Part shown: positions 27,820 through 36,863 of the stretch, piece by piece | Position numbering within the stretch: position 1 is the first letter of the stretch | Layout of the letters: each line of letters starts with the position of its first letter | The notes under the pieces: model-generated | The model's input: the letters and a program-made list of their open reading frames with translations, nothing else | What the model was told of the DNA's origin: nothing | Database searches by the model: none | Assembly (NCBI GenBank): GCA_030065755.1 | Contig: JASJDA010000002.1 | Location: forward strand, 27,122-91,121 | Source of the DNA: Prochloraceae cyanobacterium | Lineage (GTDB): Bacteria > Cyanobacteriota > Cyanobacteriia > Cyanobacteriales > JASJDA01 | Reading direction: 5' to 3' | DNA length: 64,000 bases | Translations under genes and position numbers: made by a program

Positions 27820-29517
27820 ATGGCTAAACCCGTACTGCTAACCATAGACGACGATCGAGAAGTTTTACAAGTCATAGCTCGCGATTTGCGCAAGGAGTAT
27901 GGTTCTAATTTTCGCGTAATGCGTGCTGATTCTGGTGCCACAGCCTTAGAAACCCTCAAAAAACTAAGATTAGGTAACGAGACAGTTGCCTTATTTCTGG
28001 TAGATCAAAGAATGCCCCAGATGAGTGGCGTAGACTTCTTAGAAGAAGCCATACAAGTATTTCCAGAAGCAAAACGGGTTTTATTGACTGCATATAGCGA
28101 CACCAATGCTGCTATTCGCGCCATTAACAACACCAAAATTGATTATTACCTGCTCAAGCCATGGGATCCCCCAGAAGAAAAACTCTATCCCATACTGGAC
28201 GACTTACTAGACGACTGGCTTGCTGGCTTTCGTTCTCCCTTTGAAGGCATTAGAATCATAGGCGATCGCTGGTCGCCCCATTCCCATCAAGTTAAAGATT
28301 TTCTCGCTCGCCAACAAATCCCCTATCGTTGGTTAGATATCGAAAAAGAAGCACGAGCAGAAGAATTAATTAGCTACGCTGGAAAACAACAGCCACAACT
28401 ACCCCTAGTAGTTTTTTCCGACGGCTACTGTCTAGAGCGACCCAGCAACGTCCAAATAGCCGAAAAGATTGGTTTAAAGACCCAAGCAGAAAAACCCTTC
28501 TACGACTTAATTATCGTCGGTGCAGGACCTGCTGGACTAGCGAGTGCCGTTTACGGTGCTTCCGAGGGATTGCGTACCTTATTAATCGAACGAAATGCTC
28601 CAGGAGGACAAGCAGGAACCAGTTCCCGCATTGAAAACTACCTCGGTTTCCCTACAGGGTTAAGCGGAGACGATTTAGCCCGTCGCGCAGTAGTGCAAGC
28701 ACAACGTCTGGGAGCAGAAATTCTCTCTCCCCAAGAAGTAAGCGGAATTCGCATCCAAGATAATTATCGGATCGTTGAATTGAAAAATGGCGAAGAAATT
28801 GGCTGTCATGCTGTAATTTTAGCCTTAGGAGTATCCTGGCGCCGACTTAAAGTACCAGGAATCGATCGCTTAAATGGAGCAGGAGTTTATTACGGTGCTG
28901 CCAAAACAGAAGCTTTATCCTGCGCTAACGAACACGTTTACGTGGTTGGAGGAGCTAATTCTGCTGGTCAAGGAGCGATGTATTTTTCTAAGTATGCCAG
29001 TCAAGTAACTATGTTAGTGCGAGGGGATTCTTTAACTAAAAGTATGTCCCAATACCTCATCGACCAAATCGAAGCAACCCCCAATATTGACGTTAGAGTG
29101 CATACCAGCGTCATTGAAGCCAAAGGAGACAACAATCTCGAAGCCCTGGTTATCGAAAATTCCCGCACCGGAGAAATAGAAACTGTTTCAACTAATGCTT
29201 TATTTATTTTTATTGGTGCTGTTCCCCATACTGATTGGTTAGAAGGTCTGATAGAGAGAGACGATCGAGGCTTTGTTTTAACAGGACAAGATTTGCCGAG
29301 AGTCGATCGCCTTCAAGCACAACGGGATCGCTGCTCCGAAAACCGCCCCAAAGGATGGACTTTAGAGCGCGCTCCTTATCTATTGGAAACCAATGTTCCT
29401 GGTATTTTTGCTGTTGGCGACGTGCGTCACGATTCGATCAAACGAGTTGCTTCTAGTGTAGGTGAAGGCTCTATTTGCGTCCGTTTCGTTCATCAATATC
29501 TATCCGAGGTGTTTTGA
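27820..29517 (+). CDS. response-regulator receiver fused to a thioredoxin-reductase-like flavoprotein (no CxxC)
   Basis: Receiver domain (LLTIDDD...LFLVDQRMPQMSG...LKPW). Then DLIIVGAGPAGLASA and VVGGANSAGQ dinucleotide sites and GIFAVGDV. The canonical CATC redox motif is replaced by AAKTEALSC. Confidence 0.85.
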   Translation: MAKPVLLTIDDDREVLQVIARDLRKEYGSNFRVMRADSGATALETLKKLRLGNETVALFLVDQRMPQMSGVDFLEEAIQVFPEAKRVLLTAYSDTNAAIRAINNTKIDYYLLKPWDPPEEKLYPILDDLLDDWLAGFRSPFEGIRIIGDRWSPHSHQVKDFLARQQIPYRWLDIEKEARAEELISYAGKQQPQLPLVVFSDGYCLERPSNVQIAEKIGLKTQAEKPFYDLIIVGAGPAGLASAVYGASEGLRTLLIERNAPGGQAGTSSRIENYLGFPTGLSGDDLARRAVVQAQRLGAEILSPQEVSGIRIQDNYRIVELKNGEEIGCHAVILALGVSWRRLKVPGIDRLNGAGVYYGAAKTEALSCANEHVYVVGGANSAGQGAMYFSKYASQVTMLVRGDSLTKSMSQYLIDQIEATPNIDVRVHTSVIEAKGDNNLEALVIENSRTGEIETVSTNALFIFIGAVPHTDWLEGLIERDDRGFVLTGQDLPRVDRLQAQRDRCSENRPKGWTLERAPYLLETNVPGIFAVGDVRHDSIKRVASSVGEGSICVRFVHQYLSEVF

Positions 29518-30872
29518 CACTCTCCTGAATAGAATTCAGGAGATTCTTGGCTCAACGACAAAACTTACCCTGACAGCTTCTCAGCAGCCAAGATAGAGGT
29601 TTCGTCTCCCCAAGCTTTAAATCCCGTATGCCCTACGGTACTCAATCCAATTAAGAGTATGTTTTTGGCTGCGTTCTTGTCTCTGTCTAAAATGCAGCCA
29701 CATTTACATTTATGGGTTCTCGTGCATAGTGTTTTAGTTACTTTTGCTCCACACTCAGAACAATTAACCGAAGTGTATTGTGGTGGAACAGCAACAGTTA
29801 TCTTACCAAACTTATACCCGAAATACTCTAACCATACTCTAAATTGATACCAACCCACGTCAGTGATTGACTTGGCAAGATGATGATTTTTGACCATATT
29901 GGCAATTCTTAAGTCTTCATAGGCGACTACATCGTTAGATGTGATTACGCACCGTGCCAATTTCACGGCATGGTCTTGACGCTGCCTACTTATCTTAAGA
30001 TGTTTGATGGCATATCTTTTTCTTGCTTTATGGTAGTTATTAGACTGAGGTTTTTTACCTTTGACATATTTTTTAGACTGGCGCCGATTCAAGCGATTGA
30101 GAGCTTTTTCTCCTTGACGATAAAATCTGGGATTCTCAATTTGATTGCCCTTGTCGTCCGTATAAAAGTGATTCAGCCCAACGTCTAAGCCAATTTCTGA
30201 GTAGGATGGCTCTATTTTTTCCTTAATATCTACATCAACTAAAAACTGACCATAATAACCGTCAGCACGTCGGACTATTCGCACTCTTTTAATTTGTTTT
30301 TCCTTGTACCAAAGTAGATTGCGAGTGCCTTTTAGCTTAACTTTGCCAATACCTTTCTGGTCAGAAAAAGTGATGTATTTTCTATCTTCTGATAACTTCC
30401 AGCCAGTAGTTTTATACTCTACTGAGCGAGAATGTTTGCGAAATTTAGGAAATCCTTTCTTGCCAGGAATATTCTTTTTGCAGTTGCTATAAAAACGAGA
30501 TATAGCGGCCCAAGCTCTGTCAGCACTTGATTGACGTGCCATAGAGTTTAATTGAGCAGCAAAAGGAAATTGAGCAGCTAAAACCTTGCAATATGCACTC
30601 AAGTCATATTTGCCCACTCCAATGTTATCCATCCAATAGCGCAAAGCTTTGTTGCGAATAAATTGAGCAGTTCTAATTGCTTCATCCATTGCCAAACACT
30701 GTTTATGCTTGGCGTATATCTTCATTTCTAAAACTAGCATATTCTTATGCTAGGATATTAGCGTAAGAATATCAAGCCATATCTATAATGGAGACTGCGG
30801 ATAAATCCCCTATCTCGTTTTCATCTCCGAAATTCTATTTCGGAGCTTTCAACTGCGTTCAACTTCCGTAAT
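29514..30872 (-). mobile_element. IS200/IS605-family tnpB-only element (approximate ends)
   Basis: Right-end hairpin tctcctgaat-tcta-ttcaggaga followed by gtgtcaa, abutting the stop codon of the upstream gene. Left-end hairpin ctccgaaat-agaa-tttcggag at ~30825-30850. No tnpA. Confidence 0.65.
29565..30740 (-). CDS. tnpB: TnpB (IS605 OrfB-type RNA-guided nuclease family)
   Basis: 391 aa. IGLDVGLNHFYTD (RuvC-I Asp), VAYEDL (RuvC-II Glu), zinc finger CSECGAKV...CKCGCILDRDKNAAKNIL (RuvC-III Asp). Confidence 0.9.
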   Translation of the reverse strand: MLVLEMKIYAKHKQCLAMDEAIRTAQFIRNKALRYWMDNIGVGKYDLSAYCKVLAAQFPFAAQLNSMARQSSADRAWAAISRFYSNCKKNIPGKKGFPKFRKHSRSVEYKTTGWKLSEDRKYITFSDQKGIGKVKLKGTRNLLWYKEKQIKRVRIVRRADGYYGQFLVDVDIKEKIEPSYSEIGLDVGLNHFYTDDKGNQIENPRFYRQGEKALNRLNRRQSKKYVKGKKPQSNNYHKARKRYAIKHLKISRQRQDHAVKLARCVITSNDVVAYEDLRIANMVKNHHLAKSITDVGWYQFRVWLEYFGYKFGKITVAVPPQYTSVNCSECGAKVTKTLCTRTHKCKCGCILDRDKNAAKNILLIGLSTVGHTGFKAWGDETSILAAEKLSG

Positions 30873-30875
30873 TGT

Positions 30876-30995
30876 TTGGCTGTTGGCTATTTGCTGTTGG
30901 CTATTTGCTGTTGGCTGTTGGCTTTTGGCTGTTGGCTATTCTCCCCTGCTCCCCTGCTCCCCTGCTCCCCTGCTCCCCCTCTCCCCCTCCCCCTA
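30876..30995. repeat. tandem heptanucleotide (STRR-like) repeat block
   Basis: TTGGCTG/TTGCTGT heptamers followed by CCCCTGCT/CTCCCC repeats. The reverse complement of the same repeat types occurs at 54428-54590. Confidence 0.8.
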
Positions 30996-31002
30996 ATAAC
31001 CT

Positions 31003-32397
31003 TTAACGAGGAATTGGCAAGCAAACTGTAAACGCTGTCAAACCAGGCTTAGATTCAAAGGAAATCGTTCCTTGATGGCGGTTTTCTAGGATCCGTCTCA
31101 CTAAATCTAATCCCAGTCCCGAGCCTTTACCTACTCCTTTAGTTGTATAAAATGGTTCAAAAATACGGGATTGAACTTCTGGGGGAATACCTGCACCGGA
31201 GTCAGCAACTTCAACGCGGACGTATTTGTTATCGACACAGGTGGTTATTTCTAGGATGCCTTTTCCCGCCATCGCGTCAATAGCATTGTCGATTAAGTTG
31301 GTCCAGACTTGATTGAGTTCGCTACCGTAGGCCAGGATTTTTGGTATGTTGGCAGCGTAGGAGCGACGCACTTCAATTCCCTGCTTGATTTTATAGGAAA
31401 AAAGTCGCAAAGTATCTTCTAGCCCTTCATGCACGTCAACTACTTGCTGAACCCCGCGATCGAGGTGAGAATAAGATTTCATTGACTGTACCAGTTGTGA
31501 AATCCTTTCTGCTCCTCGCAAGCCGCTTTTAATAGTAGACATGACGTCAAAAGAAAGGGCGAGCCAGCGCAAGCCTTGATCTCTGAGTTCTGTGGGATCC
31601 TCTTTCCAACGGTCTGTCAGTTTTTGGAGAGTTTCGACTTCAATTCCTGCAGATGCTAGAGGTTCGGCTAAATTCCAAGCATTCTCCACTCCATAGTCTT
31701 CTAACCATTCGAGGAGTTCTTCCTCTCGATCGCTCAGAGCAACCAGGTCGATGCTGTTGTTAATTATGGCATTGTAGCCAGCCTCGCGAACTTGTTTCCA
31801 TTGTTGAGTATGTTCTTCTTCTACATTGCGCTGACCGTAAACCAAATTCATCCGCTCTAGTTCCTGCAGGGCTGGCATAACGTCTCTAAGAGAGCGAACC
31901 AAAGCTGCAGCGGGATTATTGAGTTCGTGGGCTAAACCTGCTGCGAGAGTTCCCAAGGCTGCCATTTTTTCTCGATTGCGCAAAAAAGATTCTAAACCTC
32001 GCAACCTGCGTTCGACAACTCTGAAAATCGTACGCTCGAAATCTCGACATTCGTGGAGTAATTCGAGGAAGTCTTCTCCAGATATTTCGTAAATTATACA
32101 ATCGGTTAGGGCTCGCAAAGTAACTGGAACTAATTCGTCTGTAAGAATCTGAATCTCCCCAAAGAAAGCTGGAGCCACGTTTTTTCCAATGGGTATTTCC
32201 AAGCCTTCACTCTGGCGAGTTATACCAATTTCACCCGAAATTAGGATATAGAAACCCCCATTAGGATCGCCTTCATTAAACAGAGTTTCTCCATTGGATA
32301 TCTGAATTTTTCTGGCGCGATCGCATATCCAATCCAGCCGATTTGAAGGCAGCTTTTGGAATAGTTCTAACTTTAAAAGTTCTTTTACGCAAAGCAC
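31003..32397 (-). CDS. cyclic-nucleotide-binding-domain histidine kinase, paralog 1
   Basis: 464 aa. cNMP-binding fold (FNEGDPNGGFYILISGEIGI...FFGEIQIL), H-box AGLAHELNNPAAAL, N-box NLIDNAIDAM, G-boxes DSGAGIP, GKGSGLGL. No TM segments. Confidence 0.85.
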   Translation of the reverse strand: MLCVKELLKLELFQKLPSNRLDWICDRARKIQISNGETLFNEGDPNGGFYILISGEIGITRQSEGLEIPIGKNVAPAFFGEIQILTDELVPVTLRALTDCIIYEISGEDFLELLHECRDFERTIFRVVERRLRGLESFLRNREKMAALGTLAAGLAHELNNPAAALVRSLRDVMPALQELERMNLVYGQRNVEEEHTQQWKQVREAGYNAIINNSIDLVALSDREEELLEWLEDYGVENAWNLAEPLASAGIEVETLQKLTDRWKEDPTELRDQGLRWLALSFDVMSTIKSGLRGAERISQLVQSMKSYSHLDRGVQQVVDVHEGLEDTLRLFSYKIKQGIEVRRSYAANIPKILAYGSELNQVWTNLIDNAIDAMAGKGILEITTCVDNKYVRVEVADSGAGIPPEVQSRIFEPFYTTKGVGKGSGLGLDLVRRILENRHQGTISFESKPGLTAFTVCLPIPR

Positions 32398-32492
32398 GAC
32401 TATTTTTAATAATATTTATAGCTCTACTACGATTAAAACACTTCCAGACCACCTGGAGAGGTTAATGCCAAAATCTAACTATTAAAACACTC

Positions 32493-32888
32493 TCAAGCAG
32501 AAATAATTGGCTCCCCATAAGGAATAAATTGAGGGTCGCGAGTGATAATAGTCAGTTGTTCTAACTTTGCTTGTGCCACTAACATGCGATCGAAAGGATC
32601 TTTATGGTATTGAGGAAGTACGCCTGCTGCAATAACGTGTTCTATGGTAATGGGAAGGGATTGAAAAGCATTGACCACAATTGCTGATGCTAGGTCATCA
32701 GGAGCGACTAGCTTTCCAATTGCTTTTTTGATTGCTATCTCCCAGGCAGAAACTGCACTGACAAAAATCAAGTTTTCCCCATTGGCGATCGCATTTCTAG
32801 CTTCATTAGTTAGAGTTGGATTATCGCTTAACCACCACAAAAGAGTATGGGTGTCAAGAAGAAATTTCATTTTCTTTTTCTTCTCCAT
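32493..32888 (-). CDS. vapC: PIN-domain toxin VapC
   Basis: MKFLLDTHTLLWW...SAVSAWEIAIK...ITRDPQF is a typical PIN/VapC pattern. The start is more likely Met7 (~32870). Confidence 0.8.
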   Translation of the reverse strand: MEKKKKMKFLLDTHTLLWWLSDNPTLTNEARNAIANGENLIFVSAVSAWEIAIKKAIGKLVAPDDLASAIVVNAFQSLPITIEHVIAAGVLPQYHKDPFDRMLVAQAKLEQLTIITRDPQFIPYGEPIISA

Positions 32889-33114
32889 AAAAACTATTTA
32901 ATATCTCTTTAGGAAGAGAGTCGAAGTCATTAGTCATTTCCACTTGACCTTTCCACAATCCAGGTGTTCTTTCTTTTGTAGGTTTTGAGTAGGGAATAAG
33001 CTTTACTATGGGTTTTCCAGCCTTAGAAATGATTACTTCTTCTCCGGCAAGCACGCTCTCAATTAGTTTAGAAAGATTGGTTTTTGCTTCATGAATATTT
33101 GCTATTTTCATCAT
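32854..33114 (-). CDS. Phd/YefM-type antitoxin
   Basis: 86 aa. MKIANIHEAKTNLSKLIESVLAGEEVIISKAGKPIVKLIPY. Overlaps the vapC start. Confidence 0.75.
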   Translation of the reverse strand: MMKIANIHEAKTNLSKLIESVLAGEEVIISKAGKPIVKLIPYSKPTKERTPGLWKGQVEMTNDFDSLPKEILNSFYGEEKENEISS

Positions 33115-33246
33115 TTACCAAAAGAGCAATTAATTAGCTTAGCTAAGTTTAGCTAATTAATTTACCATTTACAACATCAAAAGTTTAGTTAAATTGTTTA
33201 GAATATCGAACTACAATAGTATTACAAACAGCAAAACTAACTTCAA

Positions 33247-33750
33247 ATGACTTCAAACGGGTCAAATACAAAATCTGCCATGCCAGGAAATGGGGCAATT
33301 GTAACCCTACGGGAAATAACCAGAGAAACTGTCAGGACAATCACCGATTTGGAGGTGTCCGATCGTCAAAAACATTTCGTAACGTCTAACGCGGTGTCAA
33401 TTGCTCAAGCTTATTTCGATCGAGAAAGAGCTTGGTTTCGGGCTATATATGCTGACGAGATTCCGATCGGCTTCCTCATGCTGGATGACGACCCAGTTAA
33501 AGAAGAATATTTTCTCTGGCGTTTTATGATTGATGCTCGCTTTCAGGGACGTGGATTTGGCAAACGCGCCTTAGAATTGCTAATCGAACACGTCAAGACC
33601 CGTCCTGGGGCAAAATGTTTGTTAACCAGTTGCGTGCCTGGGAAAGACAGTCCCTGCCAATTTTATGAAAAAATGGGATTTATATTTACAAGGGATTTAG
33701 AAGAGGATAGCGAATTACTAATGTGTCTCGATTTTCGCTCTCAGTGTTAA
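33247..33750 (+). CDS. GNAT-family N-acetyltransferase
   Basis: 167 aa. RFMIDARFQGRGFGKRALELLIEHV is the acetyl-CoA-binding Q/RxxGxG/A motif. Confidence 0.8.
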   Translation: MTSNGSNTKSAMPGNGAIVTLREITRETVRTITDLEVSDRQKHFVTSNAVSIAQAYFDRERAWFRAIYADEIPIGFLMLDDDPVKEEYFLWRFMIDARFQGRGFGKRALELLIEHVKTRPGAKCLLTSCVPGKDSPCQFYEKMGFIFTRDLEEDSELLMCLDFRSQC

Positions 33751-33755
33751 TTAAC

Positions 33756-35162
33756 CTAACTTGCAGTTTGAGAAACAATTGGCAAACAAACCAGAAAAGT
33801 TGTTTTACCAGGCTTAGATTCAAAGGAAATTGTTCCTCGATGGCGATTTTCTACGATCCGCTTAACTGCATCTAATCCCAGTCCAGAGCCTTTACCTACT
33901 CCTTTAGTTGTATAAAATGGTTCAAAAATACGCCATTGAATCTCTGGGGGAATACCTGCACCAGAGTCAGTAACTTCAATGCGGACGTATTTGTTATCAA
34001 CACAGGTAGTTATTTCCAGAATGCCTTTTCCCGCCATCGCATCAATAGCATTGTCGATTAAATTAGTCCAGACTTGATTGAGTTCGCTACCGTAGGCAAG
34101 GATTTTTGGTATGTTGGCAGCGTAGGAGCGACGTACTTCAATTCCTTGCTTGATTTTATAAGAAAAAAGTCGCAAAGTGTCTTCTAGACCTTCATGCACG
34201 TCAACTACTTGCTGAACACCGCGATCGAGATGAGAATAAGATTTCATCGAGTGTACCAGTTGTGAAATCCTTTCTGCTCCTCGCAAGCCACTTTTAATAG
34301 TAGACATAACGTCAAAAGAAAGGGCAAGCCAGCGCAAGCCTTGATCTCTGAGTTCTGTAGGATCTTCTTTCCAACGGTCTGTCAGTCGTTGGAGGGTTTC
34401 GACTTCAATTCCTGCAGACGCTATAGGTTCGGCTAAATTCCAAGGTTTCTCAACTTCATAATCTTCTAACCATTCGAGGAGTTCTTCCTCTCGATCGCTC
34501 AGAGTAACCAGGTCGATGCTATTGTTAATTATGGCATTGTAGCCAGCTTCGCGAACTTCTTGCCATTCTTGGATATGCTCTTGTTCTACATTGCGCTGAC
34601 CTGCTAATAAATTCATGCGCTCTAATTCCTGTAGGGCAGGCATGACTTCTCTAAGAGCGCGAACTAAAGCTGCAGCTGGATTGTTGAGTTCGTGGGCTAA
34701 ACCTGCTGCTAGAGTCCCCAAGGCTGCCATTTTTTCCCGATTGCGCAAAAAAGATTCTAAAACTCTCAGCCTGCGTTCGACAACTCGAAATACTATACGC
34801 TCGAAATCGCGACATTCGTGGAGTAATTCGCGAAAATCGTTTTCAGATATTTCATAGAAGCAACAATCACATAGAGCGCGCAGATTTACTGGGATTGATT
34901 CGTCGCTCAGAATCTGAATCTCCCCAAAGAAAGCTGGAGCTTGATATTGCTCGACAGGCATTTCTATTCCTTCACTGTGCCGCGTTACGCCAATTTTTCC
35001 AGAAATCAAGATAAAAAAACCTTCTACACGATCGCCTTCATTGAGAAGGGTTTCTCCTTTTGATAGCTTGATTTCTTTGGCGCGATCGCACACCCAATTA
35101 AGCCGACTCGGAGGCAGTTTTTGAAATGGTTCTAACTTTAGAAGTTCTTTTACGCAAAGCAC
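33756..35162 (-). CDS. cyclic-nucleotide-binding-domain histidine kinase, paralog 2
   Basis: 468 aa, colinear with 31003..32397. A ~134-aa stretch (TDRWKEDP...NKYVR) differs at one residue, whereas the N-terminal cNMP domain is much more diverged. Confidence 0.85.
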   Translation of the reverse strand: MLCVKELLKLEPFQKLPPSRLNWVCDRAKEIKLSKGETLLNEGDRVEGFFILISGKIGVTRHSEGIEMPVEQYQAPAFFGEIQILSDESIPVNLRALCDCCFYEISENDFRELLHECRDFERIVFRVVERRLRVLESFLRNREKMAALGTLAAGLAHELNNPAAALVRALREVMPALQELERMNLLAGQRNVEQEHIQEWQEVREAGYNAIINNSIDLVTLSDREEELLEWLEDYEVEKPWNLAEPIASAGIEVETLQRLTDRWKEDPTELRDQGLRWLALSFDVMSTIKSGLRGAERISQLVHSMKSYSHLDRGVQQVVDVHEGLEDTLRLFSYKIKQGIEVRRSYAANIPKILAYGSELNQVWTNLIDNAIDAMAGKGILEITTCVDNKYVRIEVTDSGAGIPPEIQWRIFEPFYTTKGVGKGSGLGLDAVKRIVENRHRGTISFESKPGKTTFLVCLPIVSQTAS

Positions 35163-35393
35163 AGTAGTTTTTAGTACAAATTTTCAGTCACACCCAATAT
35201 TAAGATATTATTTGTTCGATATATTTGTCCGAATCGTCGGCAAAAATCAATTTGAACCTTAAAATATCTCGATCGAATTGGTAATTTCCTACAGAATCTA
35301 CTAGTGCTATCGAGCAACCCCTGAATTTTTCAGTTATTGATTATCGATCGTTTTTACAATAACCAATAACTAAAAGCAGATCTCTAATATTAA

Positions 35394-35714
35394 TTAAGCT
35401 TCGGCTATTGTTTGACTGACATTACTTCCTGTCGAGCTACTGACCGATCGGGAAACAGTAGATTCTTCCTCTACAGGAGCAAATTCAATATGATTGAATA
35501 GAGTAGTTACAAAAGCAAACAGCAAGAAAGGTAGAGACAAAACTAAAATAATCCCTACGGTCGCCAAGGCATAAATTTGGCGGGTGCTACTCCACAGAGC
35601 CAAAGTAGTAGCTAAGCTGATGAATATAACAATTAACCAAACAATGATTTGACCGTAGATATCGCCAAAAGTAAGATTGCAAACCATGCGATATCTTTGT
35701 ATTTCTTTATCCAT
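35394..35714 (-). CDS. hypothetical small membrane protein
   Basis: 106 aa with two clear hydrophobic helices (IIVWLIVIFISLATTLALW, ALATVGIILVLSLPFLLFAFV). No recognisable family. Confidence 0.45.
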   Translation of the reverse strand: MDKEIQRYRMVCNLTFGDIYGQIIVWLIVIFISLATTLALWSSTRQIYALATVGIILVLSLPFLLFAFVTTLFNHIEFAPVEEESTVSRSVSSSTGSNVSQTIAEA

Positions 35715-35941
35715 TAGTGTCCCTTAATTAATCTATTACTGTTTTTTAGATTAAGCTGAAGTATTGGTTAGGAGCGGTATCTCAATATTTTTTTTCACAA
35801 AAATTGCAACATCAATTTACAATCCTTACCTTATCGAAACTATAAATCCTTTGGAAATTCTTGATTTTTCAGAATTTTATTCTAGCTTGTATAGCCTAAA
35901 TAAAAACGGCAACTATATAACTTCAGGAGACTATTTTTAAG

Positions 35942-36562
35942 GTGGAAGGGAATTCTATTATTAAAGATCGCGATTACACCCTAATTATTGACAAAAGTGG
36001 CAGTATGTCTACTGCCGATCGACCTGGGGAACAAACTCGTTGGGATGCTGCCAAAGAATCTACCCTAGCACTAGCCAGAACCTGCGAAGAGAATGACCCA
36101 GATGGTATTACAGTTTATCTGTTTTCCGGACGCTTTGTTAGATACGACAATGTGACTTCAGATAAGGTCACCAAGATCTATCAAGAAAATGAGCCAATGG
36201 GTCGTACCGATCTCGCCAGCGTCCTACAGGATGCTTTGGACAACTATTTTCAGCGTAAGGCTCAAGGTATGGCTAAACCAAATGGAGAGACAATTTTAGT
36301 CATTACCGACGGAGAACCAGACGATCGCAAAGCGGTGATGCGCGCTATTATCGAGGCGACTAATCAAATTGAGCGAGATGACGAACTCGGAATTTCTTTG
36401 ATACAAGTAGGAAAAGACAAACATGCTACTGAGTTTCTCAAAGCACTAGACGATCTACTGCAAGATGCTGGAGCTAAGTTCGATATTGTCGATACAATTA
36501 CTATCGATCAAATGGCGGATAAACCTTTAGCTGAAGTCTTGCTCAATGCACTCATAGATTAA
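35942..36562 (+). CDS. von Willebrand factor A (TerY-like) domain protein
   Basis: GTG start. MIDAS motif LIIDKSGSM, later ILVITDGEPDD. 206 aa. Confidence 0.75.
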   Translation: MEGNSIIKDRDYTLIIDKSGSMSTADRPGEQTRWDAAKESTLALARTCEENDPDGITVYLFSGRFVRYDNVTSDKVTKIYQENEPMGRTDLASVLQDALDNYFQRKAQGMAKPNGETILVITDGEPDDRKAVMRAIIEATNQIERDDELGISLIQVGKDKHATEFLKALDDLLQDAGAKFDIVDTITIDQMADKPLAEVLLNALID

Positions 36563-36580
36563 CGGGAAATCTCCCATTAA

Positions 36581-36653
36581 GGGGAACGGGGAATAGGGAA
36601 CGGGGAACAGTGAATTGTTTGGAGGAAGATCTAGACCTTTCCCTTTTCCCTCC
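36581..36653. repeat. heptamer-arm hairpin (GGGAACG repeats)
   Basis: ggggaacggggaatagggaacggggaaca ... cctttcccttttccctcc. Inverted heptamer arms immediately after the vWA gene stop codon. Confidence 0.7.
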
Positions 36654-36683
36654 GAGCCTTTCACCGAGATCGGAGAAGTGTAA

Positions 36684-36711
36684 TTGGAAAATTACTAAAG
36701 TAATTTTCCAA
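36684..36711. promoter_or_regulatory. perfect 12-bp inverted repeat upstream of ldpA
   Basis: ttggaaaattac-taaa-gtaattttccaa, ~150 nt upstream of the ldpA start. Could be an operator or a terminator-like hairpin (no U tract). Confidence 0.35.
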
Positions 36712-36863
36712 CAGATGTTAAAGTAGTGCAAAATTATTGTATTTGGTATAGTATGTATACTACACTAAAAATAGTAAGATCCAACTAGTAAGATAAAGGC
36801 ATATGCAAGTATTAATCCGATAAAAATCTTTCAATTTTCGCCAACAAACATTAACATTTAAGA

